Positions 1-12,471 of a stretch of 64,000 bases of DNA are shown piece by piece (positions within the stretch are counted from its first letter, which is position 1; the number at the start of each line of letters is the position of its first letter). This DNA is from Trichoplax adhaerens. Lineage: Eukaryota > Animalia > Placozoa. The notes beneath the pieces are model-generated. The model was not told where the DNA came from, did not search any database, and saw only the letters and a program-made list of their open reading frames with translations. The position numbers were made by a program, and so were the translations under genes. The stretch spans positions 8,089,554-8,153,553 of the forward strand of contig NW_002060946.1 of assembly GCF_000150275.1 (NCBI RefSeq), given 5' to 3'.

Positions 1-62
1 AAAAAATTTTATTTCATCCTCTTTTATGTCTTTCTTTCTTATTGTCTAGTAAATCAACTTAC

Positions 63-140
63 CAATTCTAGAGGGTCGGGAACAGTCAGTAAGTTACTTG
101 ATTTTTGAACTTCAGTACTTTTACTTGATCCACAACCCAT
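63..140 (-). CDS. First coding exon of a gene continuing beyond the left edge; N-myristoylation/palmitoylation-type N-terminus (MGCGSSKSTEVQKSSNLLTVPDPLEL)
   Basis: Manual translation: ATG at 140, 26 open codons, then a GTAAGT donor at 62 (phase 0). An upstream acceptor (~178) and a CAG|GTAAGA donor (~317) suggest a non-coding leader exon. MGCxxS is the classic dual-acylation motif. Confidence 0.7.
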
Positions 141-635
141 GTTGACATTTATTGGTGTTAACGTTAATTTTCTAAGCTAGAAAAATAACCATATTGTCAA
201 CAAACAATTAAATGCAATTTTGTCTCGCTACGATAGAGATTAATGTTTGATACTGTAAATCATGACTAATCGCCATATTGTTGGATTGTATTTGATGCTT
301 GCATTAAAGCTCTTACCTGATGATAATCTTGGACTCTATGGATGAAGTTTTAATTGATGGATAATATACAACGACGATTAAATTGATTTATTACAACTTC
401 ACGTTGTCATTAAATTAAAATAATCATGTCATTAACTTAAACATCAATTAATGGACAACGGCAAAATGTAACTACTGTAATAAAGTAATCTATATGTGGT
501 CTATACGTCTTTTTTCCTTTAGGGTTCTGCCAATTCTTTGATCGCAACAGGCTATTGCTTTCTTCTCATGGAATACTCTGGTCAATAGTTCTCAAGTTAC
601 CATAGTAATTGGATCCATCATGCAACAGGGCTGAT

Positions 636-880
636 TGATCATTTCAATGCTTTTAATTTGCTACCAATTATGTTATTCTACTATTGTTATGATAACAATA
701 CAGCTACGTTAACTATTATTAATGACATGTAAAAATAAAATTTTATCTAACATAAATGATCATTTCAATGCTATTAATTTGCTGCCAATTGTGATTATTC
801 TACTATTGTTATGGTAACAATGCAACTACGTTAACTATTATTCATGACATGTAAAAATAAAATTTTATCTAACATAAATG
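636..880. repeat. Tandem duplication, ~121-bp unit x2
   Basis: tgatcatttcaatgct...aaaattttatctaacataaa starts at 636 and again at 757, near-identical. Confidence 0.9.
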
Positions 881-1699
881 CTAATAGCATTCTTTTAATT
901 GGTTGGTCAATTTGTATATTATGTTGTACATTAATAGAATTATAATTAGGAAATAATAAATTGTGACAGGAATACTATAGCTTAGATGTTCCTTTCCTCT
1001 TTTTATCTTGTTTTTGGCTAAAAATTCTTTTATATATTGATCGTTGCTCATTGTTTGATTTCCAATATGATATGATGCTACTCCATATACAGTTGATTGA
1101 CTTTAGCAAATGCCAAGCATGCTAGGTTGCATAGTGTTCCGATTTTCAATTGTATTCGTGAATAAATGATAGCAAAATAATAAAAATAATAGCACAATTT
1201 TTAAAGTTGATGGCGCTATCGAATTATTTCTGCTCCTTTTTTAACGTTTTCAAAGCTGTAGAATTGCAGATGCTCATAGTTGAGATAAAAGATTTCGCTG
1301 ATACTATTATTTTTACTTTGATATAGCAGTCAGCTATTGACATTGTAATTGAACGCAAATTTAATACCTAAACTTGTTTGACCTTTGAGCTTACTTAGTA
1401 GAACAGGAATGCAGTATTGTATGGTAAAGTATACATTGTATAAAATTCCTATACTAGTACGGAATAAATTACGTCATGGACGTAAATTTTTGAAGGATTG
1501 GTAGGCTGTTTACTCTTGATATCCAAACTTGATAAAATAAATAGTATCAGGTTGCTAATTTTGAATAGCTTACTAAGTGATTATTTAGACTTTCTATGCA
1601 TATTTTGCATGAACTGCCGATGCGTTTACTTTAAACCGTTAATTGTACATAGTTTACTGAGAGTTATTCCAAATGCCAAAAAGTAACAATAAGAAATGA

Positions 1700-2570
1700 T
1701 TAAGATTTTGAGTATGATTTGCTATAAGTGTAAAGTGCTGCTTTTACTGATATTCGAATTGAAGTATTCAGTTTAAACGTAAGAAATATTATCGTAGTAT
1801 CGAATCTCTGCGTTGCGTAAATTAAAATGGTTACCCTAAGTATGAGTACAGAATAAATTCTATCATAGTATCGAATGGTAAATATAAAATAGTACATGTG
1901 TATCATGATTAGATAGAAGTAACTACGATTTTGAGTTTAGTTTGTTGCCGGTATAAAATCTAATCTTCCAGTTGTGTCAATTAAAAATAATTATCCTTAA
2001 TCGAGCGTACGATAACTGCTATCACAGTACAGAATGATAAATATAAGAAATTACTTGTACAACATGGTACTGGTTATCGATAACGTAGCTCATTGAAGCC
2101 GTACAAACTCTTATTCTATCATACACTACCGTAGCCATTTAAAATCAATTCTATACCAAAGTTCTTTCCAAATCTAATATTACGTATTAATAAGAAAATT
2201 ACTACGATTATGAATTTGATTTGCTACTTGTATTAAATTCTGATCTTTGCTATTTACTAATAGTCGGAGCTGTAGAAGTATAATAACGGTATAAAACTTT
2301 TTATCTTATTGAAATATAGATATATTTAAAACATTTATCTTGGATATAATCCAGGCTATCATAGCATCCATTTGCAGATGTAAGAATGCAAAGTCAATTA
2401 CAATTCTAATCATTGATAGTACAAGTACCGCAAAGAAAACTGAACGAAATATTATCATAGTGTAGCCTTCTTGAAACTAACCTCTTTCCGAGGTTTGTCT
2501 AAAGTTATGATTTGGCAAGATACTGCTGCGATTTTGAATTTGATTTGCGAATGGTATAAAGTTCTTATCA
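1700..2570. repeat. Degenerate dispersed repeat, about 4 copies
   Basis: Motif (c)gattttga(g/a)tttgatttg...gtataaa recurs at ~1703, ~1923, ~2201 and ~2526. Confidence 0.5.
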
Positions 2571-3510
2571 TACTGATATACAGTACAAACTATTTACTAT
2601 CAATCTAAATTTGTTACATATATTAAGTTCTTATCTTACTGGTCTAAAACTATAACATATATCATAAATATGGTCCAAAAAAATCATAGCATCGAATAAT
2701 GAATTTAAGAACGTGAAAGTATATCATCATTTCTTATAGATGAAGTATGTTTTAATAGCTAATTCATCTAGGATTAAATCAGGCCATAATCTACTTATCA
2801 TTCGTTTTGCTTTGGTATGCCAGAAACCAACTAATACCAGTGCGTACTCATAACGTACAAGTATCTACCAGCATTATTATCTAGCTTGCAAAAATGATTA
2901 TTTCGGGCTTGTCCGGGATGTATCTCGAATTAAGAGCCTCGAATGAATGCGATTGCCTTTTATAGACTATAATCTATCGTTAAAAATCAGTAAAATAGGA
3001 TGATTTATAACGTCCTAATACAGAGCTATAAATAAACCTATTACATCACCTAAGATTTCAGGGTATTTTTATAGCAATCATTGTGCTGTTTACCGATGAT
3101 TTAATACATAAATCTACGCGTATGGTGTTATTGTGTTACAGTAAGCTGCCGTCCTATATGTTGTAGCCAATTTCAGAATCTTAAATTAAAGATTTAACGG
3201 CAAGCTTAGATTAACTATATTGCTCATTTAATCACTAAATGATAACCGATAAATAGGAGGAACAACTGTTTGGATAATAGGTGAAATTATCGATTGTTTA
3301 GACATCTCCACACGGGGACAAAAGCGGACTTATTTTTAGAGCACAAAGAGGAATTAAATATCCTAGTAAATTACCCGTTTAAATGAACGGGAATATAATC
3401 TGCACAAAGCAGTGAATGAAAAGAAAGTCCACAGCTAGATTATCTTAATGCGGGTATAACTTAATATTAGTACTGTGCCTTACACTCTCTGATGATTAAA
3501 TTACGAAACG

Positions 3511-3904
3511 ATATAGCTACATTCTATCGTTTATTTCCTATCGAACAACTTTATCAATCTTGAACACCAGCGATTATAAAATTAGAGGATTTTCAGAGCG
3601 TAAAGAGGAATTTGACATACGAGTATTAGTCATCTCTATCTTAGACTTGATAGACTATAAAATTATATAGCTACATTCTATCTTTTATTTCCTATCGAAT
3701 AACTTTATCAATCCTGAACTCCCGCGATTATAAAATTAGAGGATTTTCAGAACGCAAAGAAGAATTCGACACACGAGTATTAGTCATCTCTATCTTAGAC
3801 TTGATAGACTATAAAATTATATAGCTACATTCCATCATTTATTTCCTATCGAATAACTTTATCAATACTGTACTCTTACATCCCCGGATTATAAAATTAG
3901 AGGA
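3511..3904. repeat. Tandem repeat, ~154-bp unit x ~2.5
   Basis: atatagctacattc...tttatttcctatcgaa...gattataaaattagagga starts at 3511, 3665 and ~3819. Confidence 0.9.
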
Positions 3905-4737
3905 CCTGATTACGTCATTTATGGTACATAGAAAGTTTTACCGTAACCTCTATTCCTGATTATTAGAAATTGAATTACTTAATGTAATCACTTATTCTTT
4001 CCGTACTTGGCTAGATGCTAATCAAGTATGCTAAAAGAACAGATGGAAAGGCTTAGGTATTCTATACTACTCCCTTTAGATGTATTACAACATCCTACCG
4101 CAGTTGGATTCATGCCATCCTGATAGGACTAGCTAAAAGTAAATTCACTAAAATAGATTTCTCTCAATCGGATATTAACGTCTTATCCTACATTCAGTAA
4201 TTTAATATTTCCAATTTTTGATTAAGAAGGGTAAAAACAATCATGCAATATGTTATCATTAATTTATTCTCCAATCTCTATACCAAAGCTATTTTAGATG
4301 CATGCCTCTACTGACGGCTTAACATTGATATGACGATTTCTACGGGAATGAGGCAATTACTTTCAATCATTTAGTTTATTCATTTGGACGTTATGCCATT
4401 GGAAAATTACTAACTACAGTACTATAGATTACACAATATCAATCTAACCTACTCAATGTACAGCTTAATATTTTACTTCATCAATACGAGTAATGAGGGA
4501 AAAATTGCTAAAGATAGTATGTAGTAATGTCCTGCGGTTATCCTGTTATGATCAAGTCTATTCAGGCGCTGGCATCATGCTGATTTGAGACTATTGTTAC
4601 TTTTCTAGTCAAATCAATAATAAAAGTGTTTACGTATGATTACATTATCATGTCTACTTTTACAGCCGCTTCAAAAGTTATTAAACAAGCTTTGACACGT
4701 ATTTAGATTGATGACGTCCATTGACTATCTTCATGCA

Positions 4738-5075
4738 AAGCCAGGAGAAAAAGTGGATACGTTCAGTTTAGTCATTCAATATAGACTTTTATTGGCATTT
4801 TTAAAAATTTGGTATAGGACTTGTATCTTACTATTAGATACGTACAAGAATGAATTAGAATATATATATATATATATATATATATACCCTTTTCATGTGC
4901 CATATTACCAAGGCCAGGGGAAAAAGTGGGACACATTCAATTTAGTGATTCAATATAGACTTTTATTACCATTTTCAAATTTGGTACAGGATTGTATTTT
5001 ACTATTAGATACGTACAAGAATGAATTAGAATATATATATATATATGTGCGTATATATAACCTTTTTATGTGCTA
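4738..5075. repeat. Tandem duplication (~174 bp x2), each copy containing a (TA)n microsatellite
   Basis: ccagg.gaaaaagtgg...attcaatatagacttttatt...gatacgtacaagaatgaattagaatatata occurs twice. Confidence 0.9.
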
Positions 5076-6077
5076 TATTACAGTTAGATCGTAGTCATTC
5101 TTCAAACCAATTTACTTTATTTTACGTCATTTTTTGGGGGGGGGGGTTTGGATTTGCACAGAGATAGATAAAGTGATTACCCGTAATGACTTTTGAAGCT
5201 CTGTACTTGAGTCTATAGCTTCAATTTGGCTTAGGAGTGCAAAATCATTGACATAACCGCAATACAGGATGCAGCAGCTTCAGTACTTGGGAATAACAGT
5301 TTCAGTTCAAGATAGATGATCTTGAATGCGAATATTAAACCCTATATATCATTTGTTGGCATACGTCTAGAGGATGGAAAATAGATCGAGTAATTACAAA
5401 CAAAATATAAAGTTTAATATCCGCAATACTATATTATTTTTGTCAGGTATGGCATAGCCGATGAATGCATCACGAAACGTACAATATTGCTATGGCTCTA
5501 TACAGAATGAAGCAAGTTTATCCACGCTAAGGTTGCAATAGAACCTTAGTTCAATAGTGTTTTACAGCAACTAAGAAGTACAATAAATAGCTCGGTTATA
5601 CGATCATGTAAAATTGTATTAATTTGTAGAAGTTAGTTCGAGTGAATTCATTTTCAATGTTTGTTTAATTAAAGAGATATGATAAGATTAAGTTGGCAAT
5701 CTAGCCAATAAGAGATACGGTCTAGAGCTTGATCTTATTCTAACTGCTGTAGTTGATGCTTGTTGTTGAAGCGAAAGAGATACTGTGGATAGTTGATGGA
5801 GAAATGAAGGCAAGTCGGAATGATCAATTGATCATGTCTATCGCCATGCGATGCCATTCGACAACATTGCATGCACCTTAAATGGCATCACCATGATGCA
5901 ATCGCCATTCAGCATAATGATTTTATTATTCATTTGTAATGTATTAAACTAGTAAGATCAAGTCGTTTATTTTATCCTCTACGGAGTGGACGATGATGAA
6001 AGAATTGGATGAGAAAGGGTAAAGAGGATCGATGAGTTCCCATGCAGAGTGGTTGGAGTTTGTTTGCTAGTTTGAAA

Positions 6078-6428
6078 TTAACTATTTGGATTGGGTTGTG
6101 TAACAAACCACAGTACACCACCCAGGAGTAAACCACGGACTCCAAATACCATCAGCAAGATGAGACCACCTACTAAAGCGATCGGTTCAACAACTCGATT
6201 AGCAATAGTAAATTGAGGTATACCAAATGATGTTAATTGCTGATTGATTTGGCCGACAACACCTTGTGTGGCTTGAGGTCGAACACGATTAGCATGGCGA
6301 CCACTGGCTGCAGCTATATTGGAACGGTAGTTGGGATTGGCTTGGCGTGGTTGTTCGCTACTTCTTTTCCGCTGTTGTACGCGTGGATCATCATCCTGCA
6401 AGACCTGACCGTCTAAAATATACACCAT
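6078..6428 (-). CDS. FAM241: FAM241-family (DUF4605) small membrane protein, 116 aa
   Basis: The true ATG at 6428 gives MVYILDGQVLQDDDPRV, matching the FAM241B N-terminal motif MV.IL..G.IVQDDDPRV. The C-terminal VEPIALVGGLILLMVFGVRGLLLGGVLWFV hydrophobic hairpin is typical of the family. Confidence 0.85.
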   Translation of the reverse strand: MVYILDGQVLQDDDPRVQQRKRSSEQPRQANPNYRSNIAAASGRHANRVRPQATQGVVGQINQQLTSFGIPQFTIANRVVEPIALVGGLILLMVFGVRGLLLGGVLWFVTQPNPNS

Positions 6429-9389
6429 ATTAAGACCACAGTAATCAATGCTTTCTAGCAATCTCACTGAAGATGAATTGGGCAAAAGCGAGAACCACCA
6501 AATAGAGAAGATCTCCTTGTTCCTTTGCAAAGCCCTTGTCTAGAAGATGACGAAACGTTCAGCCAATATCACCTTCTACTGCTGTCGTAATTCCCTTATT
6601 AGCGACTGTCAATATCAACCTGATGCTCTTAGCGACAATATCGTTGGCAAATAGCAAGCAATTAGTGACTAATAATTCAAGAACTGGAATGTGCCAATGC
6701 CTTGATGAGGAGCACAAATTGGAAATGGATGTTGATGCACAAGCTTAAATGCTAACCTTGCCCATGGGTGAGGATGGGGGCGGGCTTAAATAGACATGGT
6801 CAGAGTAGATGACGCAAGGCGCCACCACGTCCAGCCATACTACAACCACGCTTGTGACGTGGTGTATGGAACTGAAGCGTTAGCGTGACGGTGGGCAAGT
6901 TGACACCCACTTTTCCGCTCGATTTCACTCCAATACGCTAGTCAATCCATAGGGCATACTGGTACCTAGGTAGAGGACAGCTGAATGAGTGGGTTGATCA
7001 ACTGCTACTATCGATCTCGATCCAAGACTCAGTCACCGGGAGGGTGGTCGTCGGCCGGCCATCGGTCACATGATGCCAACGTGAGCACGGACTGACAACA
7101 GTATGGACGCCGATGCCTTGTGATACTGATAGAGTAGAGTGTATGATGTTGTCGTTAAGACACCAGTATCCAGTATCGAGTAGGGTACATGCGTTTTGGG
7201 CTTGCGTAGATTGACACATCGCTTGCCTATGACGCTTGTGTCTAAAAATAACTTTTGAGTCATGTCTGTATGAATAAGACTACATCATCACTAGTGATAC
7301 ACTACTACTGTTTAGGTATGGTATGGTACAGTTGCTAAGGAGGCGACAGGTGGGCAATACGCAGGCGTGGAATGGCCACCGGTTGGTGTCGATGACTCAC
7401 AGACGCACGCTACTGATCGATACAAAAAGCTGTATTTTGTTGTCATCTTGGATACACTCTATAGCGATAGTCCACTTACAAACAAGGCCTGACGTAATCG
7501 CTCGAAAATAGCGCTTGACTTGGCTTGATCTCATAGGTAAACATGGCAATGGCTCATCACTAGTCTGATGTATAGAACGGAGAGCGCGATTTGCGTGGTC
7601 ATCCTGGCAGTTCATGCAGCCGCTATGACTCTCACCTGACCACGGTTGACGCGCAATGTTTCAAACCCGGGGTCAGCCATACGTCACAATGTGATGGTGA
7701 CACTCGCTCGGTGCTCAATAGACTGTTTAAAACAGTCTATTAAGCCCTATACAATTCCTCTTACTACCATCGCTTGTCTAGAATTGACTGGACAATCTCC
7801 ATCCATTATAGTGGCTACCCTAACCCACACCGCTCACCCTGGTCGTTCACAACCAGGCCAACCGGTCCTTCTACATCTGCTCGTCCATCATGGCTACCCA
7901 ATAGCTGCAGCTAGCCAGCAAGATTAATTGCAATTTAGGCTCTATTTGGCATTGATTTGCAAGGGAGATTATTGGAGATTGTTAACTGTATTCTGTATCT
8001 CTTCGTTATCGTTGATCTTTGTCTCTACGCCACGGTAAACACTAAGAGACATCGTATAGCAGCAGCAGCAGCAATTGTCATTGTTGGTCCATTTCATTTC
8101 CAATCACCTTGGTCCAAGAGAGAAGGAAAAATTCAAACTGCGATACTGTTCCTATGATGGTAAGGCATATCATAAATTGTGTTGTAGTCTGTCATTTTAA
8201 GGCTGCGATGGACGTTGATAACGTAGAGGAGCATCAGTTACGATTAGAAGAGGATTCAATGTGTCATTATTAAGGGATAATTTGGAGGTTGAGATGGACG
8301 TTGAGAAAGGATAATCGCAGAAGCCAAGACGGTAGTGCAAAGTGATGATGAGAGATGCTTTTATCCTACCACAGTATTCTGCTTGCATGGTGATCGAGAC
8401 AAGGCTACAGTAGGATACATAACGAGGTGATAGAGCAGGATACATAACGACGTGATAGAGCAGGTAGTAATCGTGTAGTTGAATTCATTTCTCCAAGTTC
8501 ATCCAAAATCAGCCAGCAATGTTGTCTTTACCATCATCGTGTTTACATCAGTCGTATCTACTGGCAGAAGAAAACAACATTGATAGGCAACGTTATGATT
8601 GAATTAGCAGTTATCCTATATGACTTGATGGTAGTTCAAGACTTTGAAGAGAAAATTGGAGAGTCGCAGGGTCGTTCCATCAGATAGGATGATTATGATG
8701 GACATGACTATCTAGACGGTAGCTTACTTTAATGGGGCAATATCCATACGGAACCAAATTGCAATGATTGGCATCGGAGTGATGCTGATGGACGATGTTG
8801 CTACCTGAATATTGCAGGCTATAGCTTATGCTCATCTACAATCATAGCACCTGGCACAATGATAGGAAGGTTCTAGGTTGTAGTCATGTCCATATGTTTA
8901 GGATTCTTATCGACAGTAGTTTAGAATCATGTACGTCGATGCCATCAAGCTCCAGCTCGTATCGACTTCAACATGGCTACAACATCGATATATACACTTA
9001 CTCTTCCTGTAGAATAATACAATTCCAGCAATGGACTAAACTCCTGTCATAGCGATACTGTCCACTCTTTTATTTCTCGTTCATTCTAGTTTCATATTAA
9101 AATTGATTTATTTTCTGTTATACCGATCAACATAACTTTCAACATTGGAATATTGACATGGTTTCACATTGCGAAAAGTAAAAGATGTGAAGGGAGCTTT
9201 CTAGATTTGGATTGTGTTCAAATATCAGTACAAGGAGTCGATAAAATGGGTCATCGTAAATCGCAACATGGCTATTAATCGTACATGTCAATGGCATGGT
9301 TAATCCATACTTTCGACACTGAAAATAGCAAGTCGTAGTCGATAGCTAGTCGATGTTTCCCAAGGAATGATAAAAAATCAATTTTCTTA

Positions 9390-9845
9390 TGCAAATTGAA
9401 TAGTGAACAAGGTAGAATAGAAATGGATAAAACTCTCTTGTTCTACAGTATAATCGATGCAAATTGAAAAGTGAACAAGGTAGAATACGAATGGATAAAA
9501 TTCTCTAGTCTCATCATAGCCAAGTTTAAAACGTTTCAAAATACTAAACAGGAAGGCACTTTTGACTAGTCAAGACGTGATCAATTTACTGATGATGATA
9601 AACATATTGACGATGACTACGATACCGTATACTGTCATGGCGAAATTGTTAATTAATATTGAAAGGATAAAACACTCTACTACTACTACTTTACAGTATA
9701 ATAGCCAAGTTCAAAACGTTTCAAAATACTAAACTGGAAGGCATTTTCTGCTTGTCAAGACGTGATCCATTGGCTAATGATAATGATGGTAAACGTATTG
9801 ACGATGGCTACGAAGCCGTTTACAGTACAGTGCGAAACTACTAAT
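9390..9845. repeat. Nested local duplications (~70 bp x2 and ~185 bp x2)
   Basis: gcaaattgaa.agtgaacaaggtagaata at ~9391 and ~9459; atagccaagtt.aaaacgtttcaaaatactaaac at ~9516 and ~9701. Confidence 0.8.
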
Positions 9846-10044
9846 TAATTCATTTATATCAGTCGATTAATCACTTTTGTAAACATGGCTCTCATGATCG
9901 TCGATAAAGCTGTAGTTTATGTCATGGCAATCAGAGTTAACTTTGTAGCAAGACTATCATAATTGCTGGCAATGATTGTCAACCGTAGTTGCCTAATTTG
10001 TGGATAATGATTACGTTAGGACCGATCATTCTTGCGTCTTGACT

Positions 10045-11260
10045 CCAATTGAATTTAATCCATTTGTCAACATCGTCTTGATGGCCATTTGAACAACAAT
10101 ATTATTATGGAGTTTCTATCCAAATAAACGTAGTAGGCCAACGGTGATATGGAACTACTTACAACGCCAGTCGATAGGAACTGACTAAAGCGATGATGAT
10201 GATGATGATGAACGATGAGAATGGAATGATTAACGGCCAATCTCGCTCATAATCGAATTCATTTTGTACTAAACAAGTTATCCATAGTCATTTTAACAAC
10301 TGCTCAAGTTGTTCCTATTGAAACAAACTTTGTAGTAGAACCATTCGACGCCATTACTTAAAATGCTAGTCGATAGAAACGGACAAGTGTGTTAATGATT
10401 CTTCCGATGATTATTTGTGAGAGTACACGATAACTGTAGAGCCATGGCGAGAATTGAATTAATCCAGTTGTAAACATCTTCTGGATGGCCATTTTAACGC
10501 CAGGGTGTGCCAATTGGAACAAACTTTGTAGCAAAATCATAGTATACGTACAACTGCGAAGAATGCCGGTCGATAGAAGCTGATTAATGCTTTGATGAAT
10601 ACTGAGAGAAGACGAGGATGGAATGAAGCAATTTTGTAATCATCTTGTGAACTTATGAATGGCCATGATAGCAACAGTTTATGCAGTGCAAATTGCAACA
10701 AACTTTACAGTAAAATCATTGTGTGTAACTGCTAAGAATGGCAGCCGACAGAAGCTGACTAATGCGCTGATGATTACTGAGAAAGTACAGATAACTAACT
10801 GTAAAACCACAATGAAAATTAATCTATTTGTAAACATCTTCTTAACTTTGTAAATTTATAGCCATTTGAACAACCGTGTGTCCAGTGCTAATTGCAACAA
10901 ACTGTGTGGCAAAATTAGAGTATACGTACAACGGCTAAGAATATCAGTCGATAGAAGCTGACTAATCCGCTGATGATTACTGAGAAAGTACAGATAAAGC
11001 CACGATGAGAATTAAATTAATCTATGTGTAAACATCTATTTAACTTATTCAATATCAATGGCCATTTTAACAACAGTTTGTGCAGTGCTAATTGCAACAA
11101 ACTTTGTCGTAAAATCATAGTATACGTACAACTGGTAAGAATACCAGTCGATAGAAGCTGACTAATCCGCTGATGAATGCTGAGAGAAGACGAGAATGGA
11201 ATAGAGCAATTTTATAAACGTCTTATTTAAGAGTTATTTGAATAGGAGTTTGTTCAATAC
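10045..11260. repeat. Degenerate tandem array, ~180-200-bp unit, about 6 copies
   Basis: Recurring cores gccattt..acaac and g(t/c)cga(t/c)ag.a.ctgactaat.cgctgatga at ~10169, 10368, 10569, 10745, 10947 and 11147. Confidence 0.8.
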
Positions 11261-12471
11261 GATCGGAACAAATTGGGTAGCAAAGCATAATATGTAACTG
11301 CTTGAAATGCCAATCGCTCCTTTTTATATCCTACGAGATACGCGTATATTAAGGAATAGCTATTTTAACATTATTTAGACTTTTTGGGAGAGTAAAACCG
11401 TAATAACGACTTAGAATAACGATCGATAATTTAATAAATACAGTAATTTCCAGTACAGTCTTGTAGAACTAATTATAAAACAATTAATGGCAGGCAATAT
11501 CGTAGCAAATGTTAACGTTGAAGAAGTAACAAATGCAGTCATTATGACTATTGATCAAATCGCTATATTTAATCAGAAGAAGGTCGAGTAATGGTATTTC
11601 AAATCACTACAAAGCCATTGGGATCAAAGCGATTGGTAGTAAAATTATATTTGAAGATAGATTGTTGTATAGGACAGGAGAATGGACATGGATACCTTGA
11701 TTGAAAGTACAGTAAGGTGCAATCGTTCAAGTTCAAAGCATGGAAAGGTTGATAGAAGCTACGGTAAAATGACTGAAAATGATACAAGTATAATGAATAA
11801 CTAAAAGGAAACTACCCTTTACTAATCAGTCTGGATATAATATTCGTTATTGGACAACTTGATCTCTATCGTCCTCTTTTGCTATTGAAAAAAGTAAATA
11901 TGATAAGTAGGATAAATAAGAATATCAACAATAATCTCAGCCCTACATGGGCATGAAATTGTGCTATAAATGGGTATAAAAATCGACAATTTCACATTAT
12001 CTGACACGTTCTATCAAGATAATCGTCAGCATCGAAAGCGTTGATCGTTTAACTTCTTCAACAGCAATAGCATTTCCTACACATAACGATTTCATTAATA
12101 ATGATTGAATCATGTTAAGCTTTATCGTACTAAAGCTTTTTGATGTTATGCTATCGTAAGGCATCCAGAATTTGCAAGGGTAGTAGTCTTACATTCTATC
12201 TGCTATCTCATTTTCAATTTCCTCATGACTAACTTTATACAGACATTTTTTATTTCTGATCCTTCTGAGACGAGGCTAGAACAATTTCACAACGTAAATA
12301 CTGTTACGACACTAGAGTAGTATTAATAAGGATATATGCTATGTGACAGAGAATGTTGAGTAGAGCGATAGGATACATTTTGGTAAAAATATCTTGCATA
12401 TATCAAGACTTCGACAACAAACTCACTTGGTGAATAACTCATCTTTATGCATATCTATTTGTAATGTTTAG

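Noticed and set aside
3511-3904. Possible CRISPR-like array
   Set aside because: Whole ~154-bp units are duplicated with no unique spacers; the context is eukaryotic and there are no cas genes. The same applies to 10045-11260.
4708-5094. 128-aa ORF with internal repeat
   Set aside because: It is a translation of a tandem duplication with (TA)n (YIYIYI), starts at TTG and has no protein features.
6429-6530. N-terminal extension of the FAM241 ORF
   Set aside because: It starts at TTG; family similarity begins at the ATG at 6428.
7069-7130. Box C/D snoRNA-like spacing (ATGATG...CTGA)
   Set aside because: Imperfect C box, no terminal stem and no identifiable guide.
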